DNA from: the human T2T-CHM13v2.0 reference genome, Homo sapiens
Length of the DNA stretch: 64,000 nt
Reading direction: 5' to 3' (one strand)
NCBI RefSeq assembly: GCF_009914755.1
Contig: NC_060939.1
Position numbers and translations under genes: made by a program. The notes under the pieces were generated by a model that worked only from the letters and a program-made list of their open reading frames with translations, made no database searches and was not told the DNA's origin. Shown one piece after another: positions 1-13,989 of the stretch (positions are counted from its first letter, which is position 1; every line of letters begins with the position of its first letter).

Positions 1-300
1 AACCAGAGGCCATTATCCTAAGCAAGCTAACTCAAAACCAGAAAATCAAATATGGCATATTATCTCGCTTGTAAGTGGGAGCAAAACAGTGGGTACATAT
101 GGACATAAAGATGGAAATAATAGACTAAAATGGACTCCCAAAGAGGGGAAATTGGAGGTGGGGGTGAGGATTGATAAATTATTTATCACAATGTTCAGTA
201 TTTGGGTGACAGACACACAGAAGCCCAACCCCCATCATTACACATGTAATACCCATGTAACAAACAGGCATATGTACCCCTTGAATCTAAAATTAAAAAA
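1..300 (+). mobile_element. L1 3' end (L1PB/L1MA-type), ORF2 terminus plus 3'UTR
   Basis: Contains 'gaggccattatcctaagc...gtaagtgggagc...atgtaccccttgaatctaaaattaaaaaa', typical of an L1 3' end. Confidence 0.85.
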
Positions 301-318
301 CAAATTCACAAAGCAAAC

Positions 319-1565
319 TGTCTGTTCATGCCCTTTGCTCACTTTTTATGAATTTGTTTTGTTGTTGTTGAGTTCTTTGTGTTTCTTGTAAGTTCTGAAT
401 AGCAGTGTCTTGTTAGATACATGTTTTGCAAATATTTTCTCCCATTCTGCAGGTTGTCTGTTCCCTCTGTTGATTATTTCTTTTTCTATGGAAAAGTATT
501 TTAGTTTAATAAGTCCCATTTGTCTATTTTTGCTTTTGCTGCTTGTGCTTTCTGAGGTCTTAGTCATGAATTCTTTGCAGAGAGCAATGTCCAGAAAAGT
601 TTTCTCTAGGTCTTCTTCTAATATTTAATTTAAAGTTTCTTGTATATTCTGCATATTAGACCTTTGTCAGATAGGTAGATTGCAAAAAATTTTCTCCCAT
701 TCTGTAGATTGCCTGTTAGTTCTGATGATTTTTTTTTCTGTGCAGAAGCTGTTTAGTTTAATTAGATCCCATTTGCCAATTTTAGCTTTTGATGCAGTTG
801 CTTCTGGTGATTTCATCATAAAATTTTTGCTGGTGCCTATGTCCTGAATGATATTGCCTAAATTTTCTTCTAGGGTTTTTATGGTTTTGGGTTTTACATT
901 TAAGTCTTGAGTCTGCCTTGAGTTAATTTTTGTATAAGGTGTAAGGAAGGGGTCCCGTTTCAGTTTTCTGCATATGGTTAGCCAGTTTTCCCAGCATCAT
1001 TTATTAAATAGGGAATCCTTTCCCCATTGCTTGTTTTTGTCAGGTTTGTCGAAAATCAGATGGTTATAGATGTGTGGCCTTATTTCTGATGTCCCTATGC
1101 TGTTCCCTTGGTCTATATGTCTGTTTTGGTACCAGTACCATGCTGTTTTGGTTACTGTAGCCTTATAACATAGTTTGAAGTCAGGTAGCATGATGCCTCC
1201 AGCTTTGTCATTGGGGTTTTCTATACATAAGATCATATTGTCAGCATATAGAGATAATTCAACTTCCTATTTTCCAGTCTCGGTGCCTTTGTTTTTTCTT
1301 TTTCTTGCCTGATTGTTCTGACTAGGACTTTCAGTACTATGTTGGATAGGAGTGGTAAAAGTGGAATCCTTGTCTTGTTAAAGTTCTTAGGGGCATTGTT
1401 TTCAATTTTTCTCCATTGGCTATGATTTTAGCCATAAGTTTATCATATATGCTCTTTATTTTGAGGTGTGTTGCTTCTATGTATAGTTTGTTGAGGATTT
1501 TTACTATTATAAAAATAATAATCATAATAAAAGCGATGCTGAATTGTTTCTAATGCTGTTTCTGA
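319..1565 (-). mobile_element. L1 ORF2 fragments (inverted 5' part of an L1, with a nested second L1 piece at ~627-1208)
   Basis: Minus-strand ORFs give L1 ORF2 peptides (QPAEWEKIFA; [25 protein letters not shown]; [14 protein letters not shown]). Confidence 0.9.
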
Positions 1566-2310
1566 GAATTGTAAATTAAAAGCAAACTGAGATATCATCT
1601 TACACCAGTCACAATGGCTATTACTAAAAAGTCAAAAATAACAGATGTTGGCAAAGGATGCAGAAAAAAAGGAACACTTATACACTGTTGGTGGGGATGT
1701 AAATTAGTACAATCTATGTGGAAAACAGTATGGAGATTTCTCAAAGAACTAAAAGTAGAACTACCATACAGTCCAGCAATCCTACTGCTGGTATCTACCC
1801 AAAGGAGAAGAAGTCATTAGGTAAAAAAGATACCTGTACTCAGATGTTTATTATAGCACTATTCACAACAGCAAGGATGTGGAATCATTTAAATGCCCAT
1901 CAGCTGATAAACTGATAAATAAAATGTGGAATACACACACATGATGGAATACTTCTCAACCATAGAAAATAATAAAATCATATCTTTTGCAGCAACATGA
2001 ATGGAGCTGGAGTCCATTAGCTTAAGTAAAACAGCTCTTAAACAGAAAGTCAAATGCAACATGTTGTAATTGCAGTTTGTAAGCGGGAGCTAAATAATGT
2101 GCACACATGGCCATAGGTTGTGGAATAAGAGACACTGGACACTCAAATATATGGGAGGGTGTACGGATGTCAGGAATGAAAAATTTCTTAATGGACATAG
2201 TGCACATTATTCAGGTGATGATTACACTAAAATCCCAGACTTCGGCACTGTGCAACATATCCATGTAACAAAATTCGGTTGCACTCCTTAAATTTATGCA
2301 CATAAAAAAT
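1566..2310 (+). mobile_element. L1 ORF2 C-terminus and 3'UTR
   Basis: Peptide [29 protein letters not shown]; L1 3'UTR and A-rich end. Confidence 0.9.
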
Positions 2311-2449
2311 TAAGTGTACGATTCTATTGGTTTTATAATAGCTGCAGATATGTGCAAACATCATCACAGGTAATTACAGAACATTTTAATTACACAAATT
2401 ATCATTTGCTTTAGCTATCACCACCAACCCTAACTAACGTCTAATATAC

Positions 2450-2609
2450 TTTTTTTGTTTGAGACGCGGTCTCACTCTGTCACCCAGGTTGGAATGCGGT
2501 GGCATCATCTCAGATCACTGCAACCTCTGCCTCCAAGGCTCTAGCAATCCTCTCACCTCAGCATCCTGAGTAGCTGCAACCACAGATGCCCACCACCACG
2601 CCTGGCTAA

Positions 2610-2651
<42 letters not shown>

Positions 2652-2787
2652 TCTCTGTGTATTTTTGGTAGAGACAGGGGTTTTACCATGTTGCCCAGGC
2701 TGGTCTCGAACCCTTGAGATCAGGTTTTCCACCCACCTCGGCCTCCCAGAGTGCTGGGATTACAGGTGTGAGCCACCGTGCCCGGCC
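2450..2787 (-). mobile_element. Alu (AluJ-like) with (TG)n expansion at ~2612-2648, inside an old L1M 3' fragment
   Basis: Antisense Alu from T-run/'gagacgcggtctcactctgtcacccagg' to 'ccaccgtgcccggcc'. Confidence 0.9.
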
Positions 2788-3947
2788 AGCAACTACCAAT
2801 ATACTTTATAGGCCTATAGTCTGCTTATTTTGGACAGTCCATATGAATGGAATAATCTAATATGTGGTCTTTTGTGATGGGCTTCTTTCACTTAGTGTGA
2901 TGTTTCCAAGGCTCATCAGTGTTGCACCCTATGTCAGTGCTTCATTCCTTTGTATGGCCAAATAATATTCCATTATATAAACATGCCACATTTTGTTGAT
3001 CCATTATGTTATCTTTAAATAGACAGAGGACTGCAGATCTACTTGCACTTATTGAGCACTTTGAAGAGTGAACATAATTTGGAAATACTAAGGGAAACAG
3101 TATCTAAGTTTATCACTACCCAGAGCAGAAAAAATATGAATTTTTTCTCTCTGCTACTCCTGTTATTTATTCTAGAACTCTAATAGTCTGCTAAATTCAA
3201 AGCAGACTGCTTGGAACATGCTAGATGATACAACAAGAGAATACAGAATATTAAAATTAAGGCTGAATTGGAGATTTGTTCTTGAATTGGTAAAAGCCAT
3301 GGTATGGTGTGTATAGTGGAATAGCAAGAAATTTTGTCACCCTCTGAGCTTTGAGGGGTCTTCTCAGATTCTGTGCCATGTTTATAGCAAACATCAGGTG
3401 CTGTTAATTTTAGCTCAGGTATATTGAAGAGGTGAATTAAAAGGGTGGTAGAACTTCTGTTTCTTACCATTAAGAAGAGCTTAGACTGGACTTTTCCTCC
3501 TGCCATAAACAACTAGAAAACTGGGAGAAATATGTGAAACAATTGCTTTTAAACATTAACAGGAGGCAGCATAGAACTACATCTTTGAGAGAAAAGAAAC
3601 AGACAATTGCTCCACTCTTGTCCCTGAAGCCCCTTTCAACTTCTAATGGAGGAAGCGGGATACTAAGAAACAGTAGTAACTGTTCTGATATGAGGAAACA
3701 AAGGCCAGGGCTCAGGGAGGTTGAGATGGCTGGGATTTATGGGACATAGTTACAAAGGTAAGAAAAATACGCAGAAATAAAAAGTTCCAACAATCTGCCT
3801 AGATTCCCATTGAGTCTGCTATCAAGCCATGCATATGCGGGAGAACACACCAGGAGGCTGGGCAAAAGCAACCACAGAGCTGTGAGCTGAGCGTGTTCTA
3901 AACATTATGCAGATCCGAAGAACATCCCATTACAGATCAGGCAAAAC

Positions 3948-4269
<322 letters not shown>

Positions 4270-4699
4270 TCAGGGGAAATCCAGAAAAAATGACTCATTA
4301 GTAACGGAGCCAAACTTTCAGTAAAGTAACACCAGGCCTGCCTTAATAATGCCTCAAAACAAGCCTCAAAATGATTGAGCTGATTTGCAAGTTTCTTAAT
4401 TCTCTGTGTGAACAAAGCCCAACAGAATCCAGATAATCAACACTGAAACATTCACAATATTCAGCATTCACTCAAAAATCACTAAACATGTGAAAAGCAG
4501 GAAAATATGACCCATAACTAGGAGAAAAATCTGTCAATTGAAATAGACTCAGATGTGGTGGGATTAGCGGACAGAATTTAGAATGTATAGTGTATATACT
4601 TTACTTTAAATAACTCTTTATTTATAAATGGCATGTTAATATATATTTTAAAATTCTAAGGAGTCTACAAAACATACAGTAAAAGTGAGCAGTGGATTT

Positions 4700-6530
4700 G
4701 ACAAGATTGTAGGGCACAGAGTCAAAACACAAAAATTCATTGTATCTCTGTTTACCACTAGCAAACAATTTGAAAATGATAAATAAAACATTACCACTTA
4801 TAGCAACCAACAAACACAAAATCAGGATATATTTAACAAAATATTTTCAAGACCTCTGCACTGAAAACTACAACAGTCACCAGGAGAATTTAAAGATCTA
4901 AATAAATGGAAATATATAGCATGGTCATGGCCATACTGGCTCAATATTGTTAAGATATCAAGTAGATGTATAATGTGCAAACTCATCAAAATAACAGCAT
5001 GATTTTTAAATAAAATGATGTTCTAATTCAAAAATTAATTTGGAAATGCAAAAGACCTCGAATGACCAAAACAATTTTGAAAAAGAGGGTCAAAATTGGA
5101 GTATTCACAATGTCTGATTTTAAGTTACTATAATGCTACATTGATCATGACAGTGCATTATTGGTCTAAACATGCAGCTTCATGGAACAGTATGGAGAGT
5201 GCAGAAATAGACTCATACGTATATGGGTCAATTGTTTTCTGACATTTCCAAGGTAGTTCAATCAAGAACAGATAGTCTTTTTAACAAGTATTAGAACAAT
5301 TGATTATCCATTTGGTGAAAAACTAACCTCGATCTTTATCTCACATCAAACACAAAATTAACTTGATGTAGACCATAGGACTAAACATAAAAGCGAAAGT
5401 TATAAACCATCCAGGAGAAAATAACAACAAAATACATTGTTTCATTTTCTACATTTTTTTAATTTATTTTTAACTTTTATGTTCAGCAGTACAAGTACAG
5501 GTTTGTTACACAGGTAAACTTGTGTCATGAGGGTTTGTTGTACAGATTATTTCAAAACCCAGTCATTAAAAATATTCATGATTTTAAGTGAGAGATACTT
5601 TGAACCATAAATGAAAACTTAATAGTCTGAACTTGATCCAAAAATTGTGTTCCTTGAAAGATGTTTTTAAGGAAATAAAATGACAAGACACAAACTGTGA
5701 GAAAGTATTTATAATACATATATCTGGCAAGGGAATTGTATCTACAATATGGAAACAAATCTTAAAATTAAGTTATAAGGCAATCAATTCAATGAAACAT
5801 GAAAAAAATACCTAACCAGACCCTAGAAGATAAGTGAATGGCCAATACACTCTACAAAGATTCACAACATAAGTAGTCATGAGAGAAATGCAAATTTTTA
5901 AAAACCACAGTGAAATGGTATTACACAACCAGTAGAATGGCTAAAATTTAAGAGGTTGGCAATACTGATTGTTGGCACTAATGTGAAACAAATGGAATTA
6001 TTATATACTGCTGTTGAGATCATAAAATTATACAACTTTTTTTAGCACACAGTTTGGGAATTTATTATAGAGGTAAACATAGAGTTACCATATGAATAAG
6101 TTATAGCCCCAAACAGAGAACAACCAAAATTTCTAGCAACAATTGAGTGGGCAAATAATCATGTTATATCCATAAAATGGAACACTTCTAAGTTATGAAA
6201 AGGAACAAACTACCAAAACACACAACATGAATGAACCTCAAAAATATTTGCTAAGTAAAAGAAGTGAGACTGCATACTGTAGTATCAGTTTACATGAATT
6301 TCTAAAACTGATCTTTTGTAACAAAAATCCTATCATTTGCTTGCGTAGGGCTGGAACTTGGAAATTGAATGCAAAGGGGAGGATGAAATTTTGGGGGGAT
6401 GATCAGAATTTGTATATCTTGATTGTTATTGTGGTCACACAGATGAAATCAATTTTTAAGATTCATTGAACTGTACACTTAAAATGGGTGACCTTTGTTG
6501 TATGTAAGTTATAATAATAAGGTTAATGAT
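4700..6530 (+). mobile_element. Old L1M ORF2 3' half and 3'UTR (small antisense L1 tail nested at ~5455-5570)
   Basis: Degenerate ORF2 motifs ('ctaaataaatggaaatatatagcatggtcatgg', 'gagaaatgcaaa') and L1M-type end 'attcattgaactgtacacttaaaatggg'. Confidence 0.8.
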
Positions 6531-6578
6531 TTTTTAAAAAGTTGATGAATATGCCCACCCTATGTACCTAGGTTTCTT

Positions 6579-8416
6579 TTTAAATTAAATTAAATTAGAT
6601 TTTTATTGACATTTAGTAATTGTACATTTATGAGGTACAATGTTATGTTTAGATATATGTGTACATTGTGTAATTATCAATGGTAATTAGTATATGCATC
6701 ACCTTAACATTGATCATTTCTGTATTGTGAGAACATTAAAAATCCTCTCTTCCAGCTATTTGAAATATAAAATGCATTATTGTTGGCTGTCGTCACCCTA
6801 CCATCAAATATAGTACCAGAACTTAGTCCTCCTATTGAACTGTAACAATTTTCTCATTGACCAACCTTGTCTCATTTCTTTCTCCCTCCTATTCTCCCCA
6901 GTCTCTGATAATCACTATTATATTCTCAACTTTTATAAGATTATTTTTTAAATTTGACATAGAAATAAGATCATGCAATATTTGTCATTCTGTGTCTGGC
7001 TTATTTCACTTAGTATAATGTCCTCCAGGTTCATTCTTGTCTCAAATGGCAGGATTTTTTATGGCTGAATAGTATTCCATTGTGTATACATACCATATTT
7101 TATTTGTCTGTTCATCTCTTTATGGACACTTAGGTTGATTCCATATCCTGGCTATTGTGAATCATGCTGCAATAAACATGAGAATGCAGATGTCTCTTTG
7201 ACATGTTTTCATGGGTATATACCCAGTAATGGGATCATCTGGTTAGATTTATTTTTAATTTTTTTGGAGCGGCCTCCGTAGTGTTTTCTGTAATGGCTAT
7301 ACAAATTTACACTACCACCAACAGTGTGTAAAATTTCCTTTTTCTACACATCCTTGCCAGCATTTGTTTATTTTTTTGTCATTTTGATAATAGCCATCCT
7401 AACTTGGGTGAGGTGATATCTCATTGTGATTTTTATTTGCATTTCCCTGATGATTAGTGATCGTGAACATTTTTTCATATACCTGTTGGTTATTTGTATG
7501 TCTTGTCTATCTAAGTCACTTGCCCATTTTTTACCTAAATATTTTGATTTTTGCTTTTGAATTATTTGAGTTCCTTACACGTTTTAGATAATCCCTTGTC
7601 AGATGTACAGTTTGCAAATATTTTATCCCATTACATAACTTGTGTCTTCACTCTGTTTATTGTTCCCATTGCTGTGCAGAAGCTTTTTTGGTTTGATATA
7701 GTCAGTTTGTTTATTTTTGGTTTTGTTCATGCTCTTGAGGTCTTTCCTCTATGTTTGATTTCCTCTATGAGTGTTTCCTCCATGCTTTCTTCTGTAGTTT
7801 CATAGTTTCAGGTATTGCATGAAGACTTTACTCTGTTTTGAGGTGAATTTTGCATACGGTGAGAGATAGGTATCAAATTTCGTTATTTCGCATGTGGATA
7901 TCCAGTTTTCCCTAACACTGTTTGTTGAAGAGACAGTTTTTTTCTCCATTGTCTTCTTGGCACCTTGTCAAAAACAGTTGGCTATAATATGTGGGTTTGT
8001 TTCTGGGCTTTCTGTATTGTTCCACTGGTGTATGTGTTTTTATGCCAGTACTGTGCTGTTTTGGCTATTGTAGCTTTGTAGTACATTTTGAAATCAGGTA
8101 GTATGGTGCCTCCAGCTCTGTTTGTTTTTGTTTTGTTTGTTTTTTGTTTGTTTGTTTTTTTCTCAAGATTGCTTTGGCTATCCAGAGTCTTTTGTGGTTC
8201 CAAGAAAGTTTAATATATTTTCATTTATTTGTGTCCTCTTCATCTTCTTTTATAAAGGTTTTATAATTTTCATTGTAAAGATCTTTCACCTCCTTCATTC
8301 AATATATTTCTAGGTATTTTAATTTTTTGGTAGGTATTGTAAATAGTATTGCTTGCTTCAGTTCTTTTCCAGACGGTTTGCTAATGGCATATACGTGGAA
8401 ACTAAACACATACAAA
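6579..8416 (-). mobile_element. L1MA-type element, 5'-truncated, with intact 14-bp TSD
   Basis: ORF2 peptide [16 protein letters not shown]; TACCTAGGTTTCTT at 6565-6578 and 8417-8430. Confidence 0.9.
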
Positions 8417-10464
8417 TACCTAGGTTTCTTAACCAGAAATTAGAAAAAAAACACTTGCTAGCTTAGAAATATCTCCACAAAGAGTAAACTTCCTTGCTCT
8501 GCCTATCTGCCACCATGTCTATATAAAAGTATTATGTGCCAGAATGGAATATGGTAATCTCAGATTTAATTGATATTCCATGCTATAAAACTAAAAGTGC
8601 AAGGTTGAATTTGAGCTCAGACCAAGATGGGTGAAACAAATTGGATTCACCAGGAATGCATGAAGGAAAGGACAGTGCCTGGATTTCCTGGCACCGTTCA
8701 GGCATGGGATGCATATTTTGTGTTCCCTTCTAATTGCATTTCTAGATGTAAGTCTCTGATCCCCACAAGCCTTGTCAGTTCAGATCCAGGGGTGGTTTCT
8801 TGTGCTGAGTATAAGAGTATGATTGACCGTAGGATGCATAGAATTTTTGGTTTGGGGACTTTCAGCAGAAATGTGCAACTCAAGCCTGCAGCTTTGAGTT
8901 CCTGAGGCCAAAGCTGTTGTCAGGCATTTGGGAAGGGGAGCAAGTACAAAGGTGGTAGATAAGTTGGGATGGATCTTTCTGGATCAAGTGCATCTTCATG
9001 GAGCAGGAGGGGCACCTTCTCAGTGCCAGCACTTCTCTGTTGATGGAAGCTGCATCAGGCAGTTGGAGAGAGAGACGAACTGAGAAGTGTGGAGGAGTTC
9101 CACTACCATTCCCTTCCTCCCAGCTTATTCCTCCATACAAATTGATCGTTTCTAATTCACCATATTTCCCATATAAAAGTACAAGATGAGAGTTAGCATA
9201 GTTTCATATATGTGGCCCATTTTACACAAAAATTATTTTACTTTTCACACATTTAATTATGTGGTACTATTATTTTATTGGGGAGAAGATTTCCTTGATT
9301 TGGGTCTGAAGTTAACCCCAGTATTTTACGGCTTGAGAAGTGGAAGAAAAGGAGTCTGGAATTTGGCAAAGAGTTAAGATCTCGGAGGTGAGTAATGGCT
9401 TCATAAAGACTGAATTAAGAAAACAGATGTATCCTAGGAAGCTTTGCCCAGATCTGAGAAATATGAGCAGTGCTCCCTCTCGACTGCTTTTCTGCTGGGT
9501 TACGGTCTGTCGCTGTAGGAATTAATAGGACTCTGCAGAAACCATCCTGCTCAACCGTCAGCACCTCTGGCCACATGAACCTCTGGGACCTTAGGGTTGG
9601 ACATGGGCTTTGGGGGATCCTGAAGCAGATATTGAGTGATCAACAACTCATGCTATAAGGTGTTGATTGAGATGACACTTGAAGTTTCTCAGGCTTTTTA
9701 GGATGACTTTGGAGGCAGGGAAGTAGAATTATACTGCTATGAGCTGTGTACCTTGCTGGCTACATTCCTCTTTTCAGGCTTCTAAACCCAGATATTATTA
9801 CTAACTAGAGAGTGTGCTCCAGATCCTCAAATATTAATTCAGGATTTGAGGTGAGCAATGAGAGTAGATTTGAAGTTGCCATTTTGGGGAAATCATTACA
9901 TTGTGGCTTTATGTGATGTAGGGCGTGAGGGGGTCTGGTATGTTCCCAGGATGCCTCTAGAGTCTGCACATAGGCTTGTGCACCAAGGGGTCTTCTGCTG
10001 TTCCAGTGCTCTCCTGGCGACCTTTGTGAGACCACCTCCTTGCCCCTCATGACATAGAACCCTCCCCATTCACTGATCTTGAGCCTCCATCTGTCTAATC
10101 ACTCTTTGATAAAAAAATGAGCATGGCTTCATGTCAAGCTGCCATATTCTTTCCACTCTCTTGACAGTCCTTTGGTGCCAATTGGCTACTGAGAGCCCCA
10201 GTGACCGATGGCGTCCTTAGGGTAGGTGCCAGTGGAATGCAAAACACATTGTGCATTGTGATGAAGGGTGGTTAATGAAAGGGGGGATGAAACAAGCCCA
10301 TACGGTATTGTGGAAAGAAAATCTATACTAAATGAAACAAACAAAAAAAAGTTTTCCACAATTTAAGCCTCGAGAATTGATATTAAATTTTCCTGAGGGG
10401 TGAGGTCAGCATTTGGAGAGCCCAGATGCTTTAGGAAGGCTAAATGGAAAGAACAGCAATCTCT

Positions 10465-10638
10465 AAAGGGGGGAAAAGAAAGAAAGAGAGAGAGAGAAAG
10501 AAAGGAAAGAAAGAAAAAGAAGGAGGGAAGGAAAGAAGGAAGGAAGGAAAATAAAATGAAAGAAAGAAAGATGAAAGAAGGAAGGAAGGAAAGAAAGAAA
10601 GAAGAAAGAAAGAAAAAGAAAGAAAGAAAAAGAAAAAC
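10465..10638. repeat. Purine-rich (GAAA/GGAA)n simple repeat
   Basis: Directly visible. Confidence 0.95.
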
Positions 10639-12295
10639 AGAGCTGTGTTTCCTGTGTGCTGCTCTCCTTCATCCAGGTCCCCAACTCCCTGAAGGGGACT
10701 AAAGCCTAGGATAGAATTTGGAGGATGAGCTGTTTTGTTTTGTTCTGTTTTATTAAAACAAAGAACAGTATTTCATGCTCTTGACAAGGGTGAACAGTCA
10801 TATGACTCTGAGGTTTCATTCCTCAGCACTAGGGATGACCGAGGAGGTGTGATGGGGTGGGGTGAGCAGGCAGGCCTCCGTGGGGCACTCTATCCTAGGC
10901 CCACACCTGCTTCATGGACCTCTCCAGGGTATTCCTTTCTCCTATGTCCTTCTTTTGGGTGGCTGCATGGAAAGGGACTATTTACATTGTATCAGCCTTT
11001 GCACTTCCCCACCAACCCATCTCCCTATACCCCACATCAATGCTTGTGGATGTGAAAACACAATTTTCTGCCATTTCTATGTAGAGGGATGCTCTGACAT
11101 GCATTTATAGAAATGTTCCTCTACTGTCTCTTCACAATTAATTATGCTTGGAGCTTTGGAGCCGTTCATGGGCTTCTCCATGTGTGCTTCAAGTCAACCA
11201 ACTTGGGGATCTGCTTCAGGCCAAGTATATCCTGTTGGAGCAATCCTCCTGCAGGTAACACCCACTAAATACAGGTTGAGTTTTATATATGTAAATGCTT
11301 AAATATGAATGTTGTAACTATTTTACATTAATAGCATATTGATGTATTATTTCATATTAATATCCATATAATTGATATAGCAATGCAAATATTTGAAATG
11401 TTTTAAATATATTATTTAATGGTAATAATATGCATAATTTTAAATAGAAATATAAGATAAACTATAACAGCAACTCTCTGAAGACATTAGGGGGCAGTCA
11501 GAAACAGGCAGACACTTGGTTATAGGGGAATGGGACTGGGTGAGTTTCTCATTGTTTTATGGTTTTCAGCCTGGGGGAAGTTCCAAGTCCCTGCCATGAA
11601 GGACAGCTTAAATTCCAATGGAAAAACCTGCAGCTTCACTGGCATGAAAAACCAGAGGATGGAGTTTGGGGCAGTCACATGAGTTAGAAAATGAGGGGAG
11701 AGTGCAGTCTCAGAAAGAAGAGCGTCATGGTTGGGGGCGCCCTAAATCCTGTCTATATACGCTGCCCAACTCTGACTGTCCCTGAAATATGCACACAGGG
11801 AAGACTGTAAGCAATTCACCTGAGATTGAACAGAGACTTCAGTTTCCACCAGTGCAGGGGAGACCAAGTTTGCAGTTTTTGTTCAGCCAGGCTAGCTGAC
11901 TGTTTATATATATAATATATGCATGCATACATACATAAGAACATATCACAGTTAGAAGAACATGTCATAATCAAGATTGTTTATAAAATTTCATTCACAC
12001 TGTCTAGGAAGTCATCCAAAATGATGCAACATATGAAGAAACAGGAAAATGTGATGCACACTCAAAAGCAAAGACAATAAACAGAGACACAGCAAACCTT
12101 GACTGAGGATATGACCTTTAGAATGACTAGGAGGCTGATTTCAAAAGTAGTAACCAAAAGGCTTAAAGACTGGCTTCAGGCCACCTGAAAGACAAAGCGT
12201 GACCTCAGGTATGAAGGTTTGGAGTGCAGAAGTGTGAGTTTTGCTGCCATTAGCCTCAATTTTCATACAAGGCTTTCAATTTCTAAAAGCCTTAC

Positions 12296-12378
12296 CCAGC
12301 TGGTGTCTCTGATGAGATGCTTAAAACATAGTACTGCATAAAGTGACCAGGTAGAAACGAGAATGTTTTAAATTGAGC
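12296..12378 (-). other. Candidate minus-strand internal exon (83 nt)
   Basis: On the minus strand: acceptor tttatttttttgacAG and donor TGG|GTAAGG. Confidence 0.4.
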
Positions 12379-12596
12379 CTGTCAAAAAAATAAATAAATA
12401 AATAACATCCATGCCTGTACCTGGTGATAAGGAGAAGGAAGGGCACATGGTCAGCAGGGGGTACAAAGCAAGCTTTCTGGGCTCGGGGGGATCGTGGGCA
12501 GGCAGGCATGTATTTCTTGATGGAACTCTGAGGTTCTTACTTGCACCCTTTCCTGGGCTGCCTCCTTATATGCGGAGCTGGGGCACTAGTTGTTAT

Positions 12597-12678
12597 CAGT
12601 GTGTGTGTGTTGGGGGTCAGGGTATCTGTGTGTATGTGTGGGGGGTGGTGTGTGTGTGTCTCTGTGTGTGTGTGTGTT
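12597..12678. repeat. (TG)n-rich microsatellite
   Basis: Directly visible. Confidence 0.9.
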
Positions 12679-12769
12679 TTTGCTGGATTGTTTCTCTGCT
12701 TAAGCCCCTAAGTAATTTTTTGTTTCTGTTTCATATTTTGGTTTATTATTTTTTGCTAATTCATTTGCT

Positions 12770-12955
12770 TGTTGGCTTTCTTTTAAGAAAACTACATAAA
12801 ATTGAATACTCTAAGGGTAAACACAGTGAATTTTCACAAGGTGAACACGCTTGTGTATCCAACACCCAGATCCAGAAAAACAGCATCCCCAGCAGCCCAG
12901 AGGCCCCTTGTGTTCTCTCCTTGAAGTCCCTCCCCAGATCATGCCCTGTCCTGCC
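12770..12955 (-). mobile_element. L1ME-type 3' end fragment
   Basis: 'cagtgaattttcacaaggtgaacac...cacccagatccagaaaaacagcatccccagcagcccagaggcccc'. Confidence 0.7.
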
Positions 12956-13989
12956 ATAAAGTATATGGATGTGTGCCACTAGGAGAGACAGACTGTAGTA
13001 GCCAAAGACAAAGAGGAGTCAGTCGCTAGCTATTAAGTGAATACCCCAATCAAGCAAACCTGGAAGAGATATGGGATTCACAGAGGGTAAAAAATGCACC
13101 CAGATAACCATGGAAAGGAAGGGCAGCTGCTTTTCATAAGGGAGTTATTTAAAGGTGGGTGACAAGAAGATTCTGAAAGGCTGAATAAACAGCTCAGCAG
13201 AAAAAAAAAATCGGTATGTGCACCTGGTCATCTCCATTCCTCTGTGACCACCAGAGGCCCCCATTGGCTGGGACATGGACCTGGGGTGAGGGGAGGAGGG
13301 AGGGCCTGTGCTGGGGGCATCACACTCTAGTCTAGTCTAGTATAATCCAGGATGTGCTAATTGCATCTGTTGAGGAAGTCTGTGGCTTTCAGAGCCGCTT
13401 TCCTGCAGACTCCCTGCCCCTTCAGCAAAGCTCACACCAGGCATCCAGAAAAGAGTTGCCAAGGGGATCAGAGAAGGAGAGTACTCTCTCCCTCCACCAC
13501 TCCCACCCCTTCAAATCTTGCTGGGCCCCTGCCCTTGGTGCAGGGAGGACTCAAATAGGTGAAGGTTTGCAGTCAGGAACAAACATGAAGCTGGGATTTC
13601 ACAAGAAGTGAATGATGAGCTCAAAAGCGGGAGTATGACTTCATTCAAGGACAGCAGAGCCTTGAGAGTGCAGGAAAAAGAGGCAGAAAAGTCCTGGCTA
13701 GTGTTTTCTTGAAGCCCAGGAGCATGCAGAGATGTGGGCAGGAGAGGGTCTGCTGGCAGTCAAGGGTTGCTGTATGGTCAACTCAGATGAGCAGTGACAC
13801 GTGTCCCTTAGATTCCACAACATGAAGGAAAGCAGAGGACTAGGCAAGAGTCTTTGGTTGGAGGGATAGGAACGGAAACCCCTTAAAAGCAGGCTCGAAA
13901 GTGAAGGCTCTGTGACCACAGGAAGAGACACTTTATCTCCCTTTACACCACGCTCTCTCCTGAGGAGGGTCAGAGGACACTGTTTCCAA

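Noticed and set aside
10400-10702. K/E/R-rich 100-aa ORF
   Set aside because: It is the translation of the (GAAA)n repeat.
12411-12959. 182-aa ORF
   Set aside because: It runs through (TG)n and an antisense L1ME fragment.
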